NCBI GenBank assembly: GCA_964483105.1
Contig: CAYZZU010000013.1
Span: forward strand, 3,552 to 67,551
Source of the DNA: an uncultured Nitrospirota bacterium
GTDB taxonomy: Bacteria > CG2-30-53-67
Direction: 5' to 3'
DNA: 64,000 bases
Made by a program: the position numbers and the translations under genes. The notes beneath the pieces were generated by a model. The model did no database searches and was not told where the DNA came from. It saw nothing but the letters and a program-made list of their open reading frames with translations. Below are positions 15,957 through 27,971 of the stretch, one piece after another (the first letter of the stretch is position 1; each line of letters starts with the position of its first letter).

Positions 15957-17543
15957 TCAGGTGTCCGCAAGGAGGGACCGTGCGCATTGTGCCCCATCCA
16001 GCGCGGAACTGATGATCCCTCCGGCGTATCCCGCCCCCTCCCCCACGGGGTAAAGCCCTCTCACGCTGATCGAGGCATAGTCCTCTCCACGCACAAGACG
16101 AAGCGGAGAGGAGGTCCGGGTTTCCACTCCGATCAGAACGGCCTCCTCCGACACGAAACCGGCCATTTTTCGTCCCCAGTTTCGAAGCGCTCTTGTCAAA
16201 CCTCCGACGACAAATCCGGGAAGATGGTCCGCAAGGTTCGATGAAACAACCCCCGGCCGGTAGGTCACATCGGGAAGGGTGGAGGAAACCCGTTGATTCA
16301 GGAAGTCGGTCATCCGCTGCGCCGGCGCAAAATAGGTTCCCCCCGTCGTCTGAAAGGCCTTCCGCTCCCATTGCCGGAGAAAGAGCAACCCGGCAAGCGG
16401 TCCGGAATCTCCGAAGTCTTCCGGACGAACGGTCACCACCAATCCGCTGTTCGCGTACCCGCTGTCCCGCCGCGCGTTACTCATCCCATTGGTGACGACG
16501 CTTCCGGACTCCGGGTTGGCCGCGATGACATGCCCTCCGGGACACATGCAGAAAGAATAAACACCACGCCCGTGAACCCGGTCACGGAAGGTCAGCCGAT
16601 AATCCGCGGGTGAAAGCCTCCGATGGCCCGCCCAGCCGCCGTACTGGAGGCGATCGATCAATTCCTGGGGGTGCTCCACCCTCACGCCGATGGCGAGCGG
16701 CTTGGGAACCATTGCGACACCCCGTCTCACCAGCATCTCGAAGGTATCTCCGGCACCGTGTCCGGGCGCCAGAATCACACGTTCGCTCTGAATGCGATCC
16801 TTCCCATTGACCATCACCCCACAGACCGAGTGGTTCCGCATGATCAGGTCCGTCACCCGGCTCCCGAAACGGATCTCACCTCCCGCTTTCTCAATCTTCT
16901 CCCGGATCGACACAATCACGCGCCGAAGCCGGTCTGTCCCGATGTGGGGTTTCGAATCATAGAGTATCTCGGGCGGCGCCCCGGCCTCAACCAACTCCTG
17001 CAACAAAAAACGGATCGCCGGATCCCGTTTCCGGGTCGTCAGCTTGCCGTCCGAGAAGGTCCCGGCGCCTCCTTCCCCGAAGCAGACATTGTCTTCCGTT
17101 CGAAACCTCCCGTTCCGCCAGAAGTCTTCCACGTCGCGCACCCGTTCCGGCATGGATTTTCCTCGTTCCAGAATGATCGGCTCGGCTCCCGCGCGGGCCA
17201 GGATCAGGGAGGCGAAAATCCCCGCAGGACCGAATCCAACGACGACAGGCCTTTCGGAAAATCTCCTCTTCGGGAAAGAAAAAAACGGAGGGCTGGAAAG
17301 AACGGGACGAACCTGAAGATCCTTCCGGTCGCGATTCTTCTGATAAAGACGATCCTCGCCCCTGCAGGAAATCTCGACCTGGTAGAGGATCCGGACATCA
17401 TGACGGGCATCTACGGAACGGCGGAGAATCCGGAATGTCCGGAGATCCGCCGGCGGAACCAGGAGAAGATCGGCAACCACGTTTTTCAGCCCCGATTCAT
17501 CCTGATCCGGTGTCAGGCGGATTCCGCTTACAAGGAGAGACAT
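15957..17543 (-). CDS. NAD(P)/FAD-dependent oxidoreductase (uncharacterized FAD-dependent dehydrogenase family)
   Basis: VVGFGPAG FAD motif, FGEGGAGTFSDGKL, FCMCPGG, GEGAGYAGGI. Confidence 0.88.
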   Translation of the reverse strand: MSLLVSGIRLTPDQDESGLKNVVADLLLVPPADLRTFRILRRSVDARHDVRILYQVEISCRGEDRLYQKNRDRKDLQVRPVLSSPPFFSFPKRRFSERPVVVGFGPAGIFASLILARAGAEPIILERGKSMPERVRDVEDFWRNGRFRTEDNVCFGEGGAGTFSDGKLTTRKRDPAIRFLLQELVEAGAPPEILYDSKPHIGTDRLRRVIVSIREKIEKAGGEIRFGSRVTDLIMRNHSVCGVMVNGKDRIQSERVILAPGHGAGDTFEMLVRRGVAMVPKPLAIGVRVEHPQELIDRLQYGGWAGHRRLSPADYRLTFRDRVHGRGVYSFCMCPGGHVIAANPESGSVVTNGMSNARRDSGYANSGLVVTVRPEDFGDSGPLAGLLFLRQWERKAFQTTGGTYFAPAQRMTDFLNQRVSSTLPDVTYRPGVVSSNLADHLPGFVVGGLTRALRNWGRKMAGFVSEEAVLIGVETRTSSPLRLVRGEDYASISVRGLYPVGEGAGYAGGIISSALDGAQCARSLLADT

Positions 17544-17565
17544 CTGCTCAATCGGAGAAGAAGGT

Positions 17566-18846
<1,281 letters not shown>

Positions 18847-18855
18847 TCATCCCTT

Positions 18856-18918
18856 TCCAATTTGTAGTTCCTATTTTCGAATTACCAATTTCCAGTTCCC
18901 AATTCCCAATTTCTGATC
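18856..18918. repeat. Degenerate heptamer tandem repeat (9 units) between metK and ahcY
   Basis: tccaatt tgtagtt cctattt tcgaatt accaatt tccagtt cccaatt cccaatt tctgatc. Confidence 0.75.
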
Positions 18919-20112
18919 TTACAGCCCCGCGAGCCTGCGCAGCTCGCCCACCTGATCGGTCCGTTCCCAGGTAAACCCATCCCCCTTCCTCCATCGCATC
19001 CCCTCCGGGCTTCTGCCGAAATGCCCATAGGCCGCCGTCGCCTTGAAGATGGGCCGCTTGAGATCGAGGGTTTTGATAATGGCGGACGGACGCATATCGA
19101 AGATCTCACGGATGATCTCCACGATCTTTTTTTCAGGGATCTTTTCCGTCCCGAAGGCATCCACGTGAACCGAGACCGGATCCGCGACGCCAATGGCATA
19201 GGCTAACTGGAGTTCGAACTTGTCGGCAAGCCCGGCGGCCACTACGTTTTTGCAGATATACCGGGCCATGTAGGCCCCGGAACGGTCGACCTTGGAGGGG
19301 TCCTTTCCGGAAAAACAGCCGCCGCCGTGGCTCCCGACACCACCGTAGGTGTCGACGATGATCTTCCGGCCGGTCAGACCGCAGTCCCCCATAGGCCCTC
19401 CCACCACGAAGCGCCCCGTGGGATTGATGTGGTAAATCACGTTCTCTTCATCCAGGAGCTCAGGCGGAACCACCGGCTTGATCACCTTCTCGATCAGGTC
19501 TTCCCGGATTTCCTTGAGCGTCACGTCAGGACTGTGCTGAGTGGACAGGACGATGGTATGAACCCGGCCGGGAGCCCCATTGTCGTACTCCACGGTAACC
19601 TGGGATTTCCCGTCGGGACGAAGGTATTCAATGACGCCCTCTTTTCGAACTTCAGACAGTTGACGGGTCAGCTTATGCGCCAGGCTGATCGGTAGAGGCA
19701 TGAATTCCTCGGTCTCGTTCGTGGCATACCCGAACATGAGTCCCTGATCCCCGGCTCCCTGTTCCTCGTGAAGCCCGGTCCCCTCCGTCACCCCCTGAGA
19801 AATGTCGGGAGACTGCTCGTCAATCGAGGTCACTACGGCACAGGTCTCGTAATCAAAGCCGTACTTGGCCCGCGTATACCCCGCCTCCTTGATGGTTTGC
19901 CGAACCACCTTGGGAATATCCACGTAACAATCGGTGGAGATTTCACCCGCCACCATGGCCAGTCCCGTGGTGACCAGCGTCTCGCAGGCAACCCGCCCGT
20001 CCGGATCCTGGTTCAGAATTTCATCCAGTATGGCATCGGAAATCTGGTCGGCGATCTTATCCGGATGCCCTTCGGTCACGGATTCGGACGTAAACAGGTA
20101 CTTTTTCGTCAT
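18919..20112 (-). CDS. metK: S-adenosylmethionine synthetase
   Basis: [28 protein letters not shown]. Confidence 0.98.
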   Translation of the reverse strand: MTKKYLFTSESVTEGHPDKIADQISDAILDEILNQDPDGRVACETLVTTGLAMVAGEISTDCYVDIPKVVRQTIKEAGYTRAKYGFDYETCAVVTSIDEQSPDISQGVTEGTGLHEEQGAGDQGLMFGYATNETEEFMPLPISLAHKLTRQLSEVRKEGVIEYLRPDGKSQVTVEYDNGAPGRVHTIVLSTQHSPDVTLKEIREDLIEKVIKPVVPPELLDEENVIYHINPTGRFVVGGPMGDCGLTGRKIIVDTYGGVGSHGGGCFSGKDPSKVDRSGAYMARYICKNVVAAGLADKFELQLAYAIGVADPVSVHVDAFGTEKIPEKKIVEIIREIFDMRPSAIIKTLDLKRPIFKATAAYGHFGRSPEGMRWRKGDGFTWERTDQVGELRRLAGL

Positions 20113-20152
20113 GGAACTCCTCCTCGTTGAGTTCGGACTCGGAAATGGAAAA

Positions 20153-20674
20153 TCAGAATTTCAACAGTGAAAAGACGGGATATCCGTCCAGCCTTTCCCT
20201 GCCTTTGAGAAACTCCAGCTCCAGGAGAAAAACACATTCCAGAATATTGCCCTGAAGGTTTTCGACCAGGTCAATGGCCGCCCGGATGGTCCCTCCGGTT
20301 GCGATCAGATCATCCGCAATCAGGACATTCTGCCCCGGAGTGATCGCGTCCTTGTGAATCTCAAGTTGATCGGTCCCATATTCCAGTTCGTAGATCGTCT
20401 TGTACGTTTTGTAGGGAAGCTTGCCGGGTTTCCGCACCAGAATCACACCGGCTCCCAGGCGGTATGCCAGAGCGGATCCGATCACGAATCCCCTGGATTC
20501 AATCCCGACGACCAGATCGACCTGACGATCCAGATAACGGTTGGCCAGGCTGTCGATAGCCCGTGCGAAAGCCCTTTTATTGGAGAGAAGTGTGGTGATA
20601 TCCTTGAAGATAACCCCCTTCTTCGGAAAATCCGGGATATCACGGATCAGATTTCTCAGTTCCTCCATGGACAC
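20153..20674 (-). CDS. apt: Adenine phosphoribosyltransferase
   Basis: [33 protein letters not shown]. Confidence 0.96.
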   Translation of the reverse strand: MSMEELRNLIRDIPDFPKKGVIFKDITTLLSNKRAFARAIDSLANRYLDRQVDLVVGIESRGFVIGSALAYRLGAGVILVRKPGKLPYKTYKTIYELEYGTDQLEIHKDAITPGQNVLIADDLIATGGTIRAAIDLVENLQGNILECVFLLELEFLKGRERLDGYPVFSLLKF

Positions 20675-20682
20675 CTCCTCGA

Positions 20683-21666
20683 TTACAGGATTTCATCCAG
20701 GATCAATTCTTCCCGACTGATAATGTAGCGGAGCTTCTTCAGAGCGGAAGACTCGATCTGCCGGATCCTTTCCCGTGTCACGCCGAATTCCTCCCCGATC
20801 TTCTCCAGAGTCTTGGGTTCGCCGTCTTCAAGACCGAATCGGAGAATCACCACATTTTTTTCATTCTCGGTCAGCTTTTCCAGCCACTTGGAAATCATTT
20901 CGTGCCGTTTGATCCCTTCAACAATGTCGGCCGGGGAAAGGATCGATGTATCTTCGATTACATCCTTCAAAGAACTTTCCTGTTTTTCACCGATCGGCAT
21001 ATCCAATGACTGGGTGGATCGCACGACCCGCATGACCTCCTTGACCTTTTCCACGCTGGTGTCCATGATCTCGGCAATCTCATCCAGTGTGGGCTCCCGT
21101 CCCTTGGCCTGGACCTGTTCCCGCAACACCCGGACAAAACGGTTGATTTTTTCATCAATATGAATGGGAAGTCGAATGGTGCGGGTCTGATTCACCAGGG
21201 CCCGTTCGATGGCCTGGCGAATCCACCAAGAGGCATAGGTACTGAATTTGAACCCTTTTTTGTATTGAAAACGCTCCACCGCCTTGATGAGCCCGATATT
21301 CCCTTCCTCGATCAGGTCCAGAAAAGGAAGCCCCCGGTTCAGATACCGTTTGGCAATACTGACCACGAGGCGGAGATTGGACTCGATCATCTTCCGGCGG
21401 GCGTCCGGATCCTTATGCCAGACCTTCTTGGCCAGGGCCAGTTCCTCTTCGGGAGTCAGGAGAGGAATCGCGCTGATTTCTCGGAGATAGATCTTGATCG
21501 TGTCCGGGGATTTTCCGGAAGACTTCCGTGCAGGTTTCGGTTTTTTCCGCCCCCCCTCCACCGCAGTGACCTCAAAATTAATCTCCTCCTGTTCATCCAC
21601 GTCCACCAGATTTTCCCGGCTCTCTGTATCCTCGGAAGGATCCGGATGCCTTTTTGGCATGATCAC
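20683..21666 (-). CDS. rpoS: Group 2 sigma-70 factor, RpoS-like
   Basis: Regions 1.2-4 ([43 protein letters not shown]); surE-pcm-...-rpoS-apt context. Confidence 0.75.
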   Translation of the reverse strand: MIMPKRHPDPSEDTESRENLVDVDEQEEINFEVTAVEGGRKKPKPARKSSGKSPDTIKIYLREISAIPLLTPEEELALAKKVWHKDPDARRKMIESNLRLVVSIAKRYLNRGLPFLDLIEEGNIGLIKAVERFQYKKGFKFSTYASWWIRQAIERALVNQTRTIRLPIHIDEKINRFVRVLREQVQAKGREPTLDEIAEIMDTSVEKVKEVMRVVRSTQSLDMPIGEKQESSLKDVIEDTSILSPADIVEGIKRHEMISKWLEKLTENEKNVVILRFGLEDGEPKTLEKIGEEFGVTRERIRQIESSALKKLRYIISREELILDEIL

Positions 21667-21703
21667 CCCTCACTGATCAGACTTTACCCACACGAAAGAA
21701 TCA

Positions 21704-21781
<78 letters not shown>

Positions 21782-21795
21782 CTCCTGATCGTTTC

Positions 21796-22404
21796 TTATC
21801 GGGCATCATCCCGCCGGGCCATAGCCCGTACGGACATTCTCTTGACCGCGTAGAACCCTCCTACAAGAAGTACAACAAAGAGTATGGAAAGGAGATTAAA
21901 GTACCGCTCTATGAAGCCGGTAATGTACTCCCCGAACAGCGCAATCAATCCAGCCACAAGGAAAAACCGAGCCCCGCGACTGACCAAGGATACTAAAATG
22001 AATTTCACAAAGTCAATATAAAAAACCCCGGCCGAGAGAGTAAAAATTTTATAAGGGATCGGAGTGAAACCGGCGATTCCGATCGCCCAGGCCTCATACT
22101 TTCTGAAATAGTCATGAACCAGGCGGATTTTCCTCTCCGATACAAAACGTTTCAGAAGAGGCCGCCCGCCTCCCTTTCCAAGCCCGTATCCGAACGCACC
22201 CCCGACCGTTGAGCCCGCTGTACAAACCAGCGCGTACGACAGGGCGTGTCCGGGAGAGTTCAACGACATGACGATCAAGAGCAGATCCGGCGGAATCGGG
22301 AAGAAAGAAGACTCGGCGAAAGCCAGGCCGAAAAGAGCGAAAACAGCGTTTTCGCTCTGTGCCCAGGACACAGTCCATTCTTTGAGTTCATGTATCCAGA
22401 CCAC
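21796..22404 (-). CDS. YqaA/DedA (VTT) family membrane protein
   Basis: FAESSFFPIPPD, GFTPIPYKIF, RGARFF; GTG start inferred. Confidence 0.9.
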   Translation of the reverse strand: MVWIHELKEWTVSWAQSENAVFALFGLAFAESSFFPIPPDLLLIVMSLNSPGHALSYALVCTAGSTVGGAFGYGLGKGGGRPLLKRFVSERKIRLVHDYFRKYEAWAIGIAGFTPIPYKIFTLSAGVFYIDFVKFILVSLVSRGARFFLVAGLIALFGEYITGFIERYFNLLSILFVVLLVGGFYAVKRMSVRAMARRDDAR

Positions 22405-23083
22405 AGCTTCCCTTTCCGGGATCCCCCCCACCAGGGCCCCAACCGAACCGACCGACCAGTTTCACAAACTGACAGGGATCAAGCTCCTGCTGCCGGATCC
22501 CCGAAGGCTGCTTGACCACCTTGACCAGCCGTTGTTTCCGGACACCTCCCACCGGAATGAGCATCCGTCCACCGACCTTGAGCTGACGGATCAGGTGTTC
22601 CGGAATCCCGGGAGATCCCGCGGAAACCACGATCGCGTCGAAAGGCGCCTGATCCGGCCAGCCGTAGGTCCCGTCGCCGGCGCGAATCGCCACGTTACTG
22701 ATCCCAAGACGGTCCAGGCGGTTCCAGGCCGATTTGGCCAGGGCATGAATCCGCTCCATCGAAAAAACCTTTTCCACGATCCGGGCCAACAGAGCGGTCT
22801 GATACCCGGAACCCGTCCCGATTTCAAGGATCCTCTCCCTGCCGGTCAGGTCAAGACTCTGCAAAACCAAGGCGATCGTGGAAGGCTGCGAAATCGTCTG
22901 CCCCTGACCGATGGGAAGGGAGGTATTCTCATAGGCACGGAGTTGAAGGGCTTCTTCCACAAACAGATGGCGGGGAACAGTGGAAAAGGCCTCCAGAACC
23001 CTCTGATCCCGGATTCCGGCCCGGGGCAGGAGATCCTGTACCAGCCGTTTCAAAGCGATATCGGGATTCGTGTATTGGACCAT
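22388..23083 (-). CDS. pcm: Protein-L-isoaspartate O-methyltransferase
   Basis: VPRHLFV, GQTISQP, LEIGTGSGY, GDGTYGW, FVKLVG. Confidence 0.96.
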   Translation of the reverse strand: MVQYTNPDIALKRLVQDLLPRAGIRDQRVLEAFSTVPRHLFVEEALQLRAYENTSLPIGQGQTISQPSTIALVLQSLDLTGRERILEIGTGSGYQTALLARIVEKVFSMERIHALAKSAWNRLDRLGISNVAIRAGDGTYGWPDQAPFDAIVVSAGSPGIPEHLIRQLKVGGRMLIPVGGVRKQRLVKVVKQPSGIRQQELDPCQFVKLVGRFGWGPGGGDPGKGSCGLDT

Positions 23084-23130
23084 GACTCACCCGGGCGGAG
23101 AACAATGCGACCCGCACCCACTTCGCGCAT

Positions 23131-23889
23131 TCAGGATGATTCCTGACTGTCTGAAAAAATTCTCGAAATCCGATCCAGGACCTCATGATGGGTCAGGTCC
23201 AGATGGAGGGGCGTCACGGAGATATAACGCTGGTCGATCGCCTCATAGTCCGAGCTTCCGTCACTTTCCGCGACCACCTCTTCCCCTACAATCCAGAAAT
23301 AGGTCCTCCCGCGGGGATCTTTCTTCTCAATCACAGGATCCTTGAAGATTCTCCTTCCCTGGCGGGTGATCCGGAGCCCCCGAATCCGGTCGGAAGGCAG
23401 GTTGGGAACATTCACGTTCAGGAAGGTATCCCCGGGCAGTCCCTGCCGAATCACCCGTCGGGCGATATGGAGTGCCGCCGAAGCCGCTGTTTCATACCGG
23501 AAGCGGCTGTCCCCCACCAAAGAGACGGCCATGGAGGGAATCCCCAGCAGGGCCCCTTCCATCGCGGCGGAGACCGTCCCGGAATACGTAATATTGTCCC
23601 CCAGATTTCCTCCGCGGTTAATTCCGGAGACGAGAAGATCCGGTGTTTCATCCAAGATGGAATGCACGGCAAGAGTGATACAGTCCGTGGGGGTCCCGTT
23701 GACACTGTAGAGATCCGGTCCGATCCGCGCAACCCGGAGAGGCTTGTGCAGGGTCAGGGAATGCCCCACCGCGCTCCGCTCACGGTCCGGAGCCACCACA
23801 ACCACGCGTCCAAAAGCCCGGAGGACCCGCGCCAGCGTCAGAAGTCCTTCGGAGTGGACCCCGTCATCATTGGAAACGAGAATTTGCAC
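23131..23889 (-). CDS. surE: 5'/3'-nucleotidase SurE
   Basis: ILVSNDDG, GTPTDC, SGINRGGNLG...YSGT. Confidence 0.97.
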   Translation of the reverse strand: MQILVSNDDGVHSEGLLTLARVLRAFGRVVVVAPDRERSAVGHSLTLHKPLRVARIGPDLYSVNGTPTDCITLAVHSILDETPDLLVSGINRGGNLGDNITYSGTVSAAMEGALLGIPSMAVSLVGDSRFRYETAASAALHIARRVIRQGLPGDTFLNVNVPNLPSDRIRGLRITRQGRRIFKDPVIEKKDPRGRTYFWIVGEEVVAESDGSSDYEAIDQRYISVTPLHLDLTHHEVLDRISRIFSDSQESS

Positions 23890-23948
23890 AGAACCTCATA
23901 TGGCCGGGAGATACCACCCGGAATGAATCATACCTTCCGGGTGGAAAG

Positions 23949-23970
23949 AAAAAAAGCCCCTGAAGGGCCT
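23949..23970 (-). terminator. Intrinsic terminator upstream of surE
   Basis: Minus strand GGCCC-TTCAG-GGGCT followed by a T run. Confidence 0.6.
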
Positions 23971-24105
23971 TCATTCACACCGAAACAGATCAAGGATTTT
24001 CAGCCGTTCGAACCGGTTGTCCCATACGACCCGCGAATCAGGGCCAGGCGCTGAATCGTCTCAGAGCCACTCGGCCGATACAACTTTTCCATGAAATGGA
24101 CAAAC

Positions 24106-24182
<77 letters not shown>

Positions 24183-24222
24183 TGACAAAAAACATAAATC
24201 CGCCTCGTCATTTACATTCTGA

Positions 24223-24251
24223 ATCTTAAACACTCCTCAATTTGATGTCAA
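24223..24251 (-). promoter_or_regulatory. Sigma-70 promoter for tRNA-Pro(GGG)
   Basis: TTGACA-N17-TAAGAT. Confidence 0.7.
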
Positions 24252-24403
24252 GGGTTTTTCTCCCGGGACTTCCGCCGATTTTCTACAGATTTTTCTTGTT
24301 TTCATCCTGTAAATCCATTATAGTTGCAGCTTCCGGTTTCGTGTTAGTCAGGAGAGGACCGAAACGGTTTCCGCCGGAAATCTTGCCTGGTAAAGGTTTC
24401 ATC

Positions 24404-25132
24404 ATGATTCATTTGATCATTTCTTTATCCGCGGGAGCGGCTGTATTCTTCGGGATTTTCTTCTTTTTACCCATCCACTGGGGATTTGCCCTTGCGGCCT
24501 CTCTCACTGTCATGTTGGGGGTGAATTATCTTTTAGGAAGGCGAATCAATAAGATCATCACTCAACTGATGGAACAGGTCAGTCAGGACATCCGGAACGG
24601 GAAAATGGACCGGGCCATTCATACCCTCGAAGGCGCGCTCAAATACGGTCGCTACCAGTTTTTCATCAAGTCTCAGATTCTTACCCAGATCGGGGTCATT
24701 TACTATATCAAAAGAGACTTCAAGGCCGCTTTCCCCTATCTGAAGAAATCCTTTGTTCGTCACTGGATCGCGCAGGGGATGCTCGCAATAAGCTATATGC
24801 GCCGGAAAGACAAAGAAAAAATGATCAAGACTTTCAATCGTGCCGTTCGCTATTCTCCCAAGGAAGGGCTCCTGTGGAATCTGTACGCCTATTGTCTGTT
24901 GCGGACGGGAAACAGGAACGAGGCGATCCAGACCCTCGTCAAGGCATCCAAGAAGCTCCCAGGTGATGAGAGGATCCAGAATAACCTGATTCATCTGCAA
25001 AACAACAAAAAGATGAAGATGAAGAACTACGGGGAACTCTGGATGCAGTTTCACCTCGAGAAGGTTCCCGGCACGATCGGCCGGCGCCCCCCGTATCCCG
25101 TCAATCCAAGAAGAAGAGCCGTCCGGCGTTGA
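24404..25132 (+). CDS. Membrane-anchored TPR protein
   Basis: Two N-terminal hydrophobic helices followed by TPR-like repeats; start at ATG 24404. Confidence 0.75.
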   Translation: MIHLIISLSAGAAVFFGIFFFLPIHWGFALAASLTVMLGVNYLLGRRINKIITQLMEQVSQDIRNGKMDRAIHTLEGALKYGRYQFFIKSQILTQIGVIYYIKRDFKAAFPYLKKSFVRHWIAQGMLAISYMRRKDKEKMIKTFNRAVRYSPKEGLLWNLYAYCLLRTGNRNEAIQTLVKASKKLPGDERIQNNLIHLQNNKKMKMKNYGELWMQFHLEKVPGTIGRRPPYPVNPRRRAVRR

Positions 25133-25138
25133 CGCTCT

Positions 25139-26914
25139 CTAACCTCCCGCCTCTTCCGACCCGTTATCCCAATCCCAATCCAGTTCCCCCGGAAAGTGGG
25201 ACTGCATATACTCCCGGGTATAATCTTCAATTTCCCGGGCGGAAGTGAGGGAAAGAATTTCCCGGGCCAGCTTACGGGAATCTTCCATGGTGACCTGGCG
25301 GATAATTCTCTTGACCCGGGGTATGGATACGGAATTCATGCTGAACTCCCGCAGTCCAAGCCCCAACAGGGCGGAGGCGTACAGAGGATCTCCGGCCACC
25401 TCGCCGCACATGGCCGCCGGAATGTCCGCTTCCCGTGCCACGGTCATCACATGTTTGATCATCCGTACAATCGCCGGATGGAGCGGCTCATACAGATAGG
25501 CCACATGTTCATTGACCCGGTCAATCGCCAGAGTGTACTGGATCAGATCGTTGGTGCCGATACTGACAAAATCGACCTCTTCGGCGATCAAGTCGATCAC
25601 GATGGCAGAAGAGGGAACCTCAATCATCGCACCGACGGGAATGTTCTCCTGACACAGGACTCCCTCCTTGCGGAGTTCTTCCAATACTCCGTAAAAAAGA
25701 TCCTTGGCCATGCGCAGTTCCCTGACACCGGAAATCATGGGAAACATCACCTTGAGATCGCCATAGACACTGGCCCGTGCCAGGGCACGAAGCTGCGTCT
25801 TGAAGATCTCCTGATGTTCCAGACAAAACCGGATGGCCCGGAGTCCCATGGAAGGATTGGCTTCTCCGGAATAGGGCACGTGTTCAATCAACTTGTCCCC
25901 TCCGAGATCCAGGGTCCGGATCACCATCCCTCCCGGATAGACCATCTCCAGAACATTTTTATAAGCCTGGAACTGCTCTTCTTCCGAGGGCAGATCTTTC
26001 CGGTTCAGGTACAGAAATTCGGTGCGGAAAAGCCCGACGCCGTCCGCTCCATGCTCCAGGACCCCGCAGACATCGTCCGGGGCCTCGATATTGGCCAACA
26101 GACGAATCTTGCACCCGTCGCGGGTCTCCGCCGGAAGGGCTGAGATTTTCTGAAGCTCGTTCTCAAAATAGATGTAACGTCTCCGTTTTTCCAGGTACCG
26201 GTTGAAGGTTTCATTATCCGGATGAAGAATGACCTTGCCGCTGTTCCCGTCTAAAATCAGGGGATCGCCGGTTTTCACCCAGGCCGTGATATTCCCGATT
26301 CCCACGACGGCCGGTATTTTCAGGGAACGTCCCATAATCACCGTATGACTGGTCTTCCCGCCCAGGTCCGTGGCGAATCCCTTCACATACTTCTTCCCCA
26401 TCTGCATGGTGTCGGCCGGTGTCAGATCATGGGCCACGACAATGACCTCTTCTTTCAGGTCAGCCAGATTGACCTGATCCGATCCGGAAAGATTGCGCAA
26501 GATACGCTCCCCTACATGAACGATATCAGACTTCCGATCCTTCAGGTAATCATCCTCCACTGTGTTGAAGATCCGCAGGAAATCGTCCAACACCTTTCGC
26601 AGGGCACCTTCGGCTGCAATCAGTTCCTTCCGGATCACGTTCCGGGTCCCGTCGGTCAGCATCGCGTCTTTCAGCATCAGGATATGACTCTCCAGGATGT
26701 AGTTGTGAGAATCCCCGAAATGCTCGCTGAACTGTTTCTTGATATTCTCCAGTTGCTCCACGGACTTGTACAGAGCCTGCTCAAAACGTTCGATCTCTTT
26801 TCCGACCTCATCGGGTGAAATCATGGAAGGTTCCGCCTTCACCTTTTCCCGGTTCAGGACAAAAGCCTTTCCAATCACGATTCCTGATGAGACTCCCAAT
26901 CCCTGGAATTGCAT
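25139..26914 (-). CDS. ptsI: PTS enzyme I
   Basis: GGKTSHT phospho-His motif, GLFRTEF, RTLDLGGDK, MGLRAIR, SIGTNDL. Confidence 0.97.
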   Translation of the reverse strand: MQFQGLGVSSGIVIGKAFVLNREKVKAEPSMISPDEVGKEIERFEQALYKSVEQLENIKKQFSEHFGDSHNYILESHILMLKDAMLTDGTRNVIRKELIAAEGALRKVLDDFLRIFNTVEDDYLKDRKSDIVHVGERILRNLSGSDQVNLADLKEEVIVVAHDLTPADTMQMGKKYVKGFATDLGGKTSHTVIMGRSLKIPAVVGIGNITAWVKTGDPLILDGNSGKVILHPDNETFNRYLEKRRRYIYFENELQKISALPAETRDGCKIRLLANIEAPDDVCGVLEHGADGVGLFRTEFLYLNRKDLPSEEEQFQAYKNVLEMVYPGGMVIRTLDLGGDKLIEHVPYSGEANPSMGLRAIRFCLEHQEIFKTQLRALARASVYGDLKVMFPMISGVRELRMAKDLFYGVLEELRKEGVLCQENIPVGAMIEVPSSAIVIDLIAEEVDFVSIGTNDLIQYTLAIDRVNEHVAYLYEPLHPAIVRMIKHVMTVAREADIPAAMCGEVAGDPLYASALLGLGLREFSMNSVSIPRVKRIIRQVTMEDSRKLAREILSLTSAREIEDYTREYMQSHFPGELDWDWDNGSEEAGG

Positions 26915-26915
26915 G

Positions 26916-27182
26916 CTATTCCTCCCCAAACTTGTCATTCACCAGCCGGTCCAGGCTTTCGATGGCCTCGTCTTCATCGGGTCCGTCGGCCTGAATGAGC
27001 AGTTCGGTTCCTTTGGCGGCAGCAAGCATCATTATTCCCATAATACTCTTCCCGTTCACCTCGATATCATCGCGTTTGACTGTAATTTCCGACTGGAAAC
27101 GATGGGCGACTTCCACAAACATCGCAGCGGAACGGGCGTGCATCCCCAGCTTGTTCTGAATCACGACTTTTGCTTCCTGCAT
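26916..27182 (-). CDS. ptsH: Phosphocarrier HPr
   Basis: GMHARSA (His15) and GKSIMG (Ser46). Confidence 0.96.
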   Translation of the reverse strand: MQEAKVVIQNKLGMHARSAAMFVEVAHRFQSEITVKRDDIEVNGKSIMGIMMLAAAKGTELLIQADGPDEDEAIESLDRLVNDKFGEE

Positions 27183-27188
27183 GGCTCT

Positions 27189-27968
27189 CTAATCCATTAA
27201 AAATGGGCTCCACCCCATGAACGAAAGAATCTGAGATACGGCCAAGAGGGAAAAAACCTGCAGTGGTAACGGAACCCTTTTGGCCTCCGCATACCAGGCC
27301 GCGGCGATCAGGAACAGTGGCACCCCCACCCCCTTCAGAAAAGAAATCTCACCACCGGAAGCCGTCTGCATCCCCCAGAGTGACAGAAACGCTCCGGACA
27401 GAAAAAGAATCATCCCGCCCATCCAGTGGATTTTTTTCTGAAGGTTGATCTTCTTCAGATAGTTCAATACCTGGATACCGTAGGCATATCCGTTCCGGAT
27501 ACCGGCCCACCGAAGCCATAAGGTAATCCCGTTATAGGCCAAAAGAAAAACGAGAGGCGCCACATTCTCGAACACTACGGAAACCATGACCGCTAAAAGA
27601 GCGGCCAATGGTCTGAGAGAACCCCACACAAAGGAGTCACCCAGGGCGCCCAGCGCCCCCATCAATCCCCTCTTCAACGACTCCACCTGCTCCGGAAGCA
27701 GAACCCCGTTGAACCGTTCCTCTTCAAGACGGAGCGTCCCCCCCACGACCAATCCGGCCATATACGGATTGGTATTAAAAACCTTCAGGTGCCTCTGAAG
27801 ACACTCCCGGAGGAAAGGCTCTTCAACCGACAACCTCTTCAGAAAGGGAATACACGCAAAGGCAAACCCGATCCCCTGGAAGTTCTCATAGTTCCAGGCC
27901 GATTGAATCAGCATCCCTCTGAACAGGGTTCTCACCAGAAGAGAATGCGGAAGCCTTTTCTCCTTCAT
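27189..27968 (-). CDS. PTS mannose/fructose/sorbose-family IID component
   Basis: QSAWNYENFQG, FNTNP, LMGALGALGDS. Confidence 0.92.
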   Translation of the reverse strand: MKEKRLPHSLLVRTLFRGMLIQSAWNYENFQGIGFAFACIPFLKRLSVEEPFLRECLQRHLKVFNTNPYMAGLVVGGTLRLEEERFNGVLLPEQVESLKRGLMGALGALGDSFVWGSLRPLAALLAVMVSVVFENVAPLVFLLAYNGITLWLRWAGIRNGYAYGIQVLNYLKKINLQKKIHWMGGMILFLSGAFLSLWGMQTASGGEISFLKGVGVPLFLIAAAWYAEAKRVPLPLQVFSLLAVSQILSFMGWSPFLMD

Positions 27969-27971
27969 TTC

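Noticed and set aside
24060-24085. tRNA-Ser/Leu-like GGCCGAGTGG D-loop word; possible tRNA-Sec
   Set aside because: No acceptor stem or paired T-arm can be formed, and there is no TCA anticodon arm.
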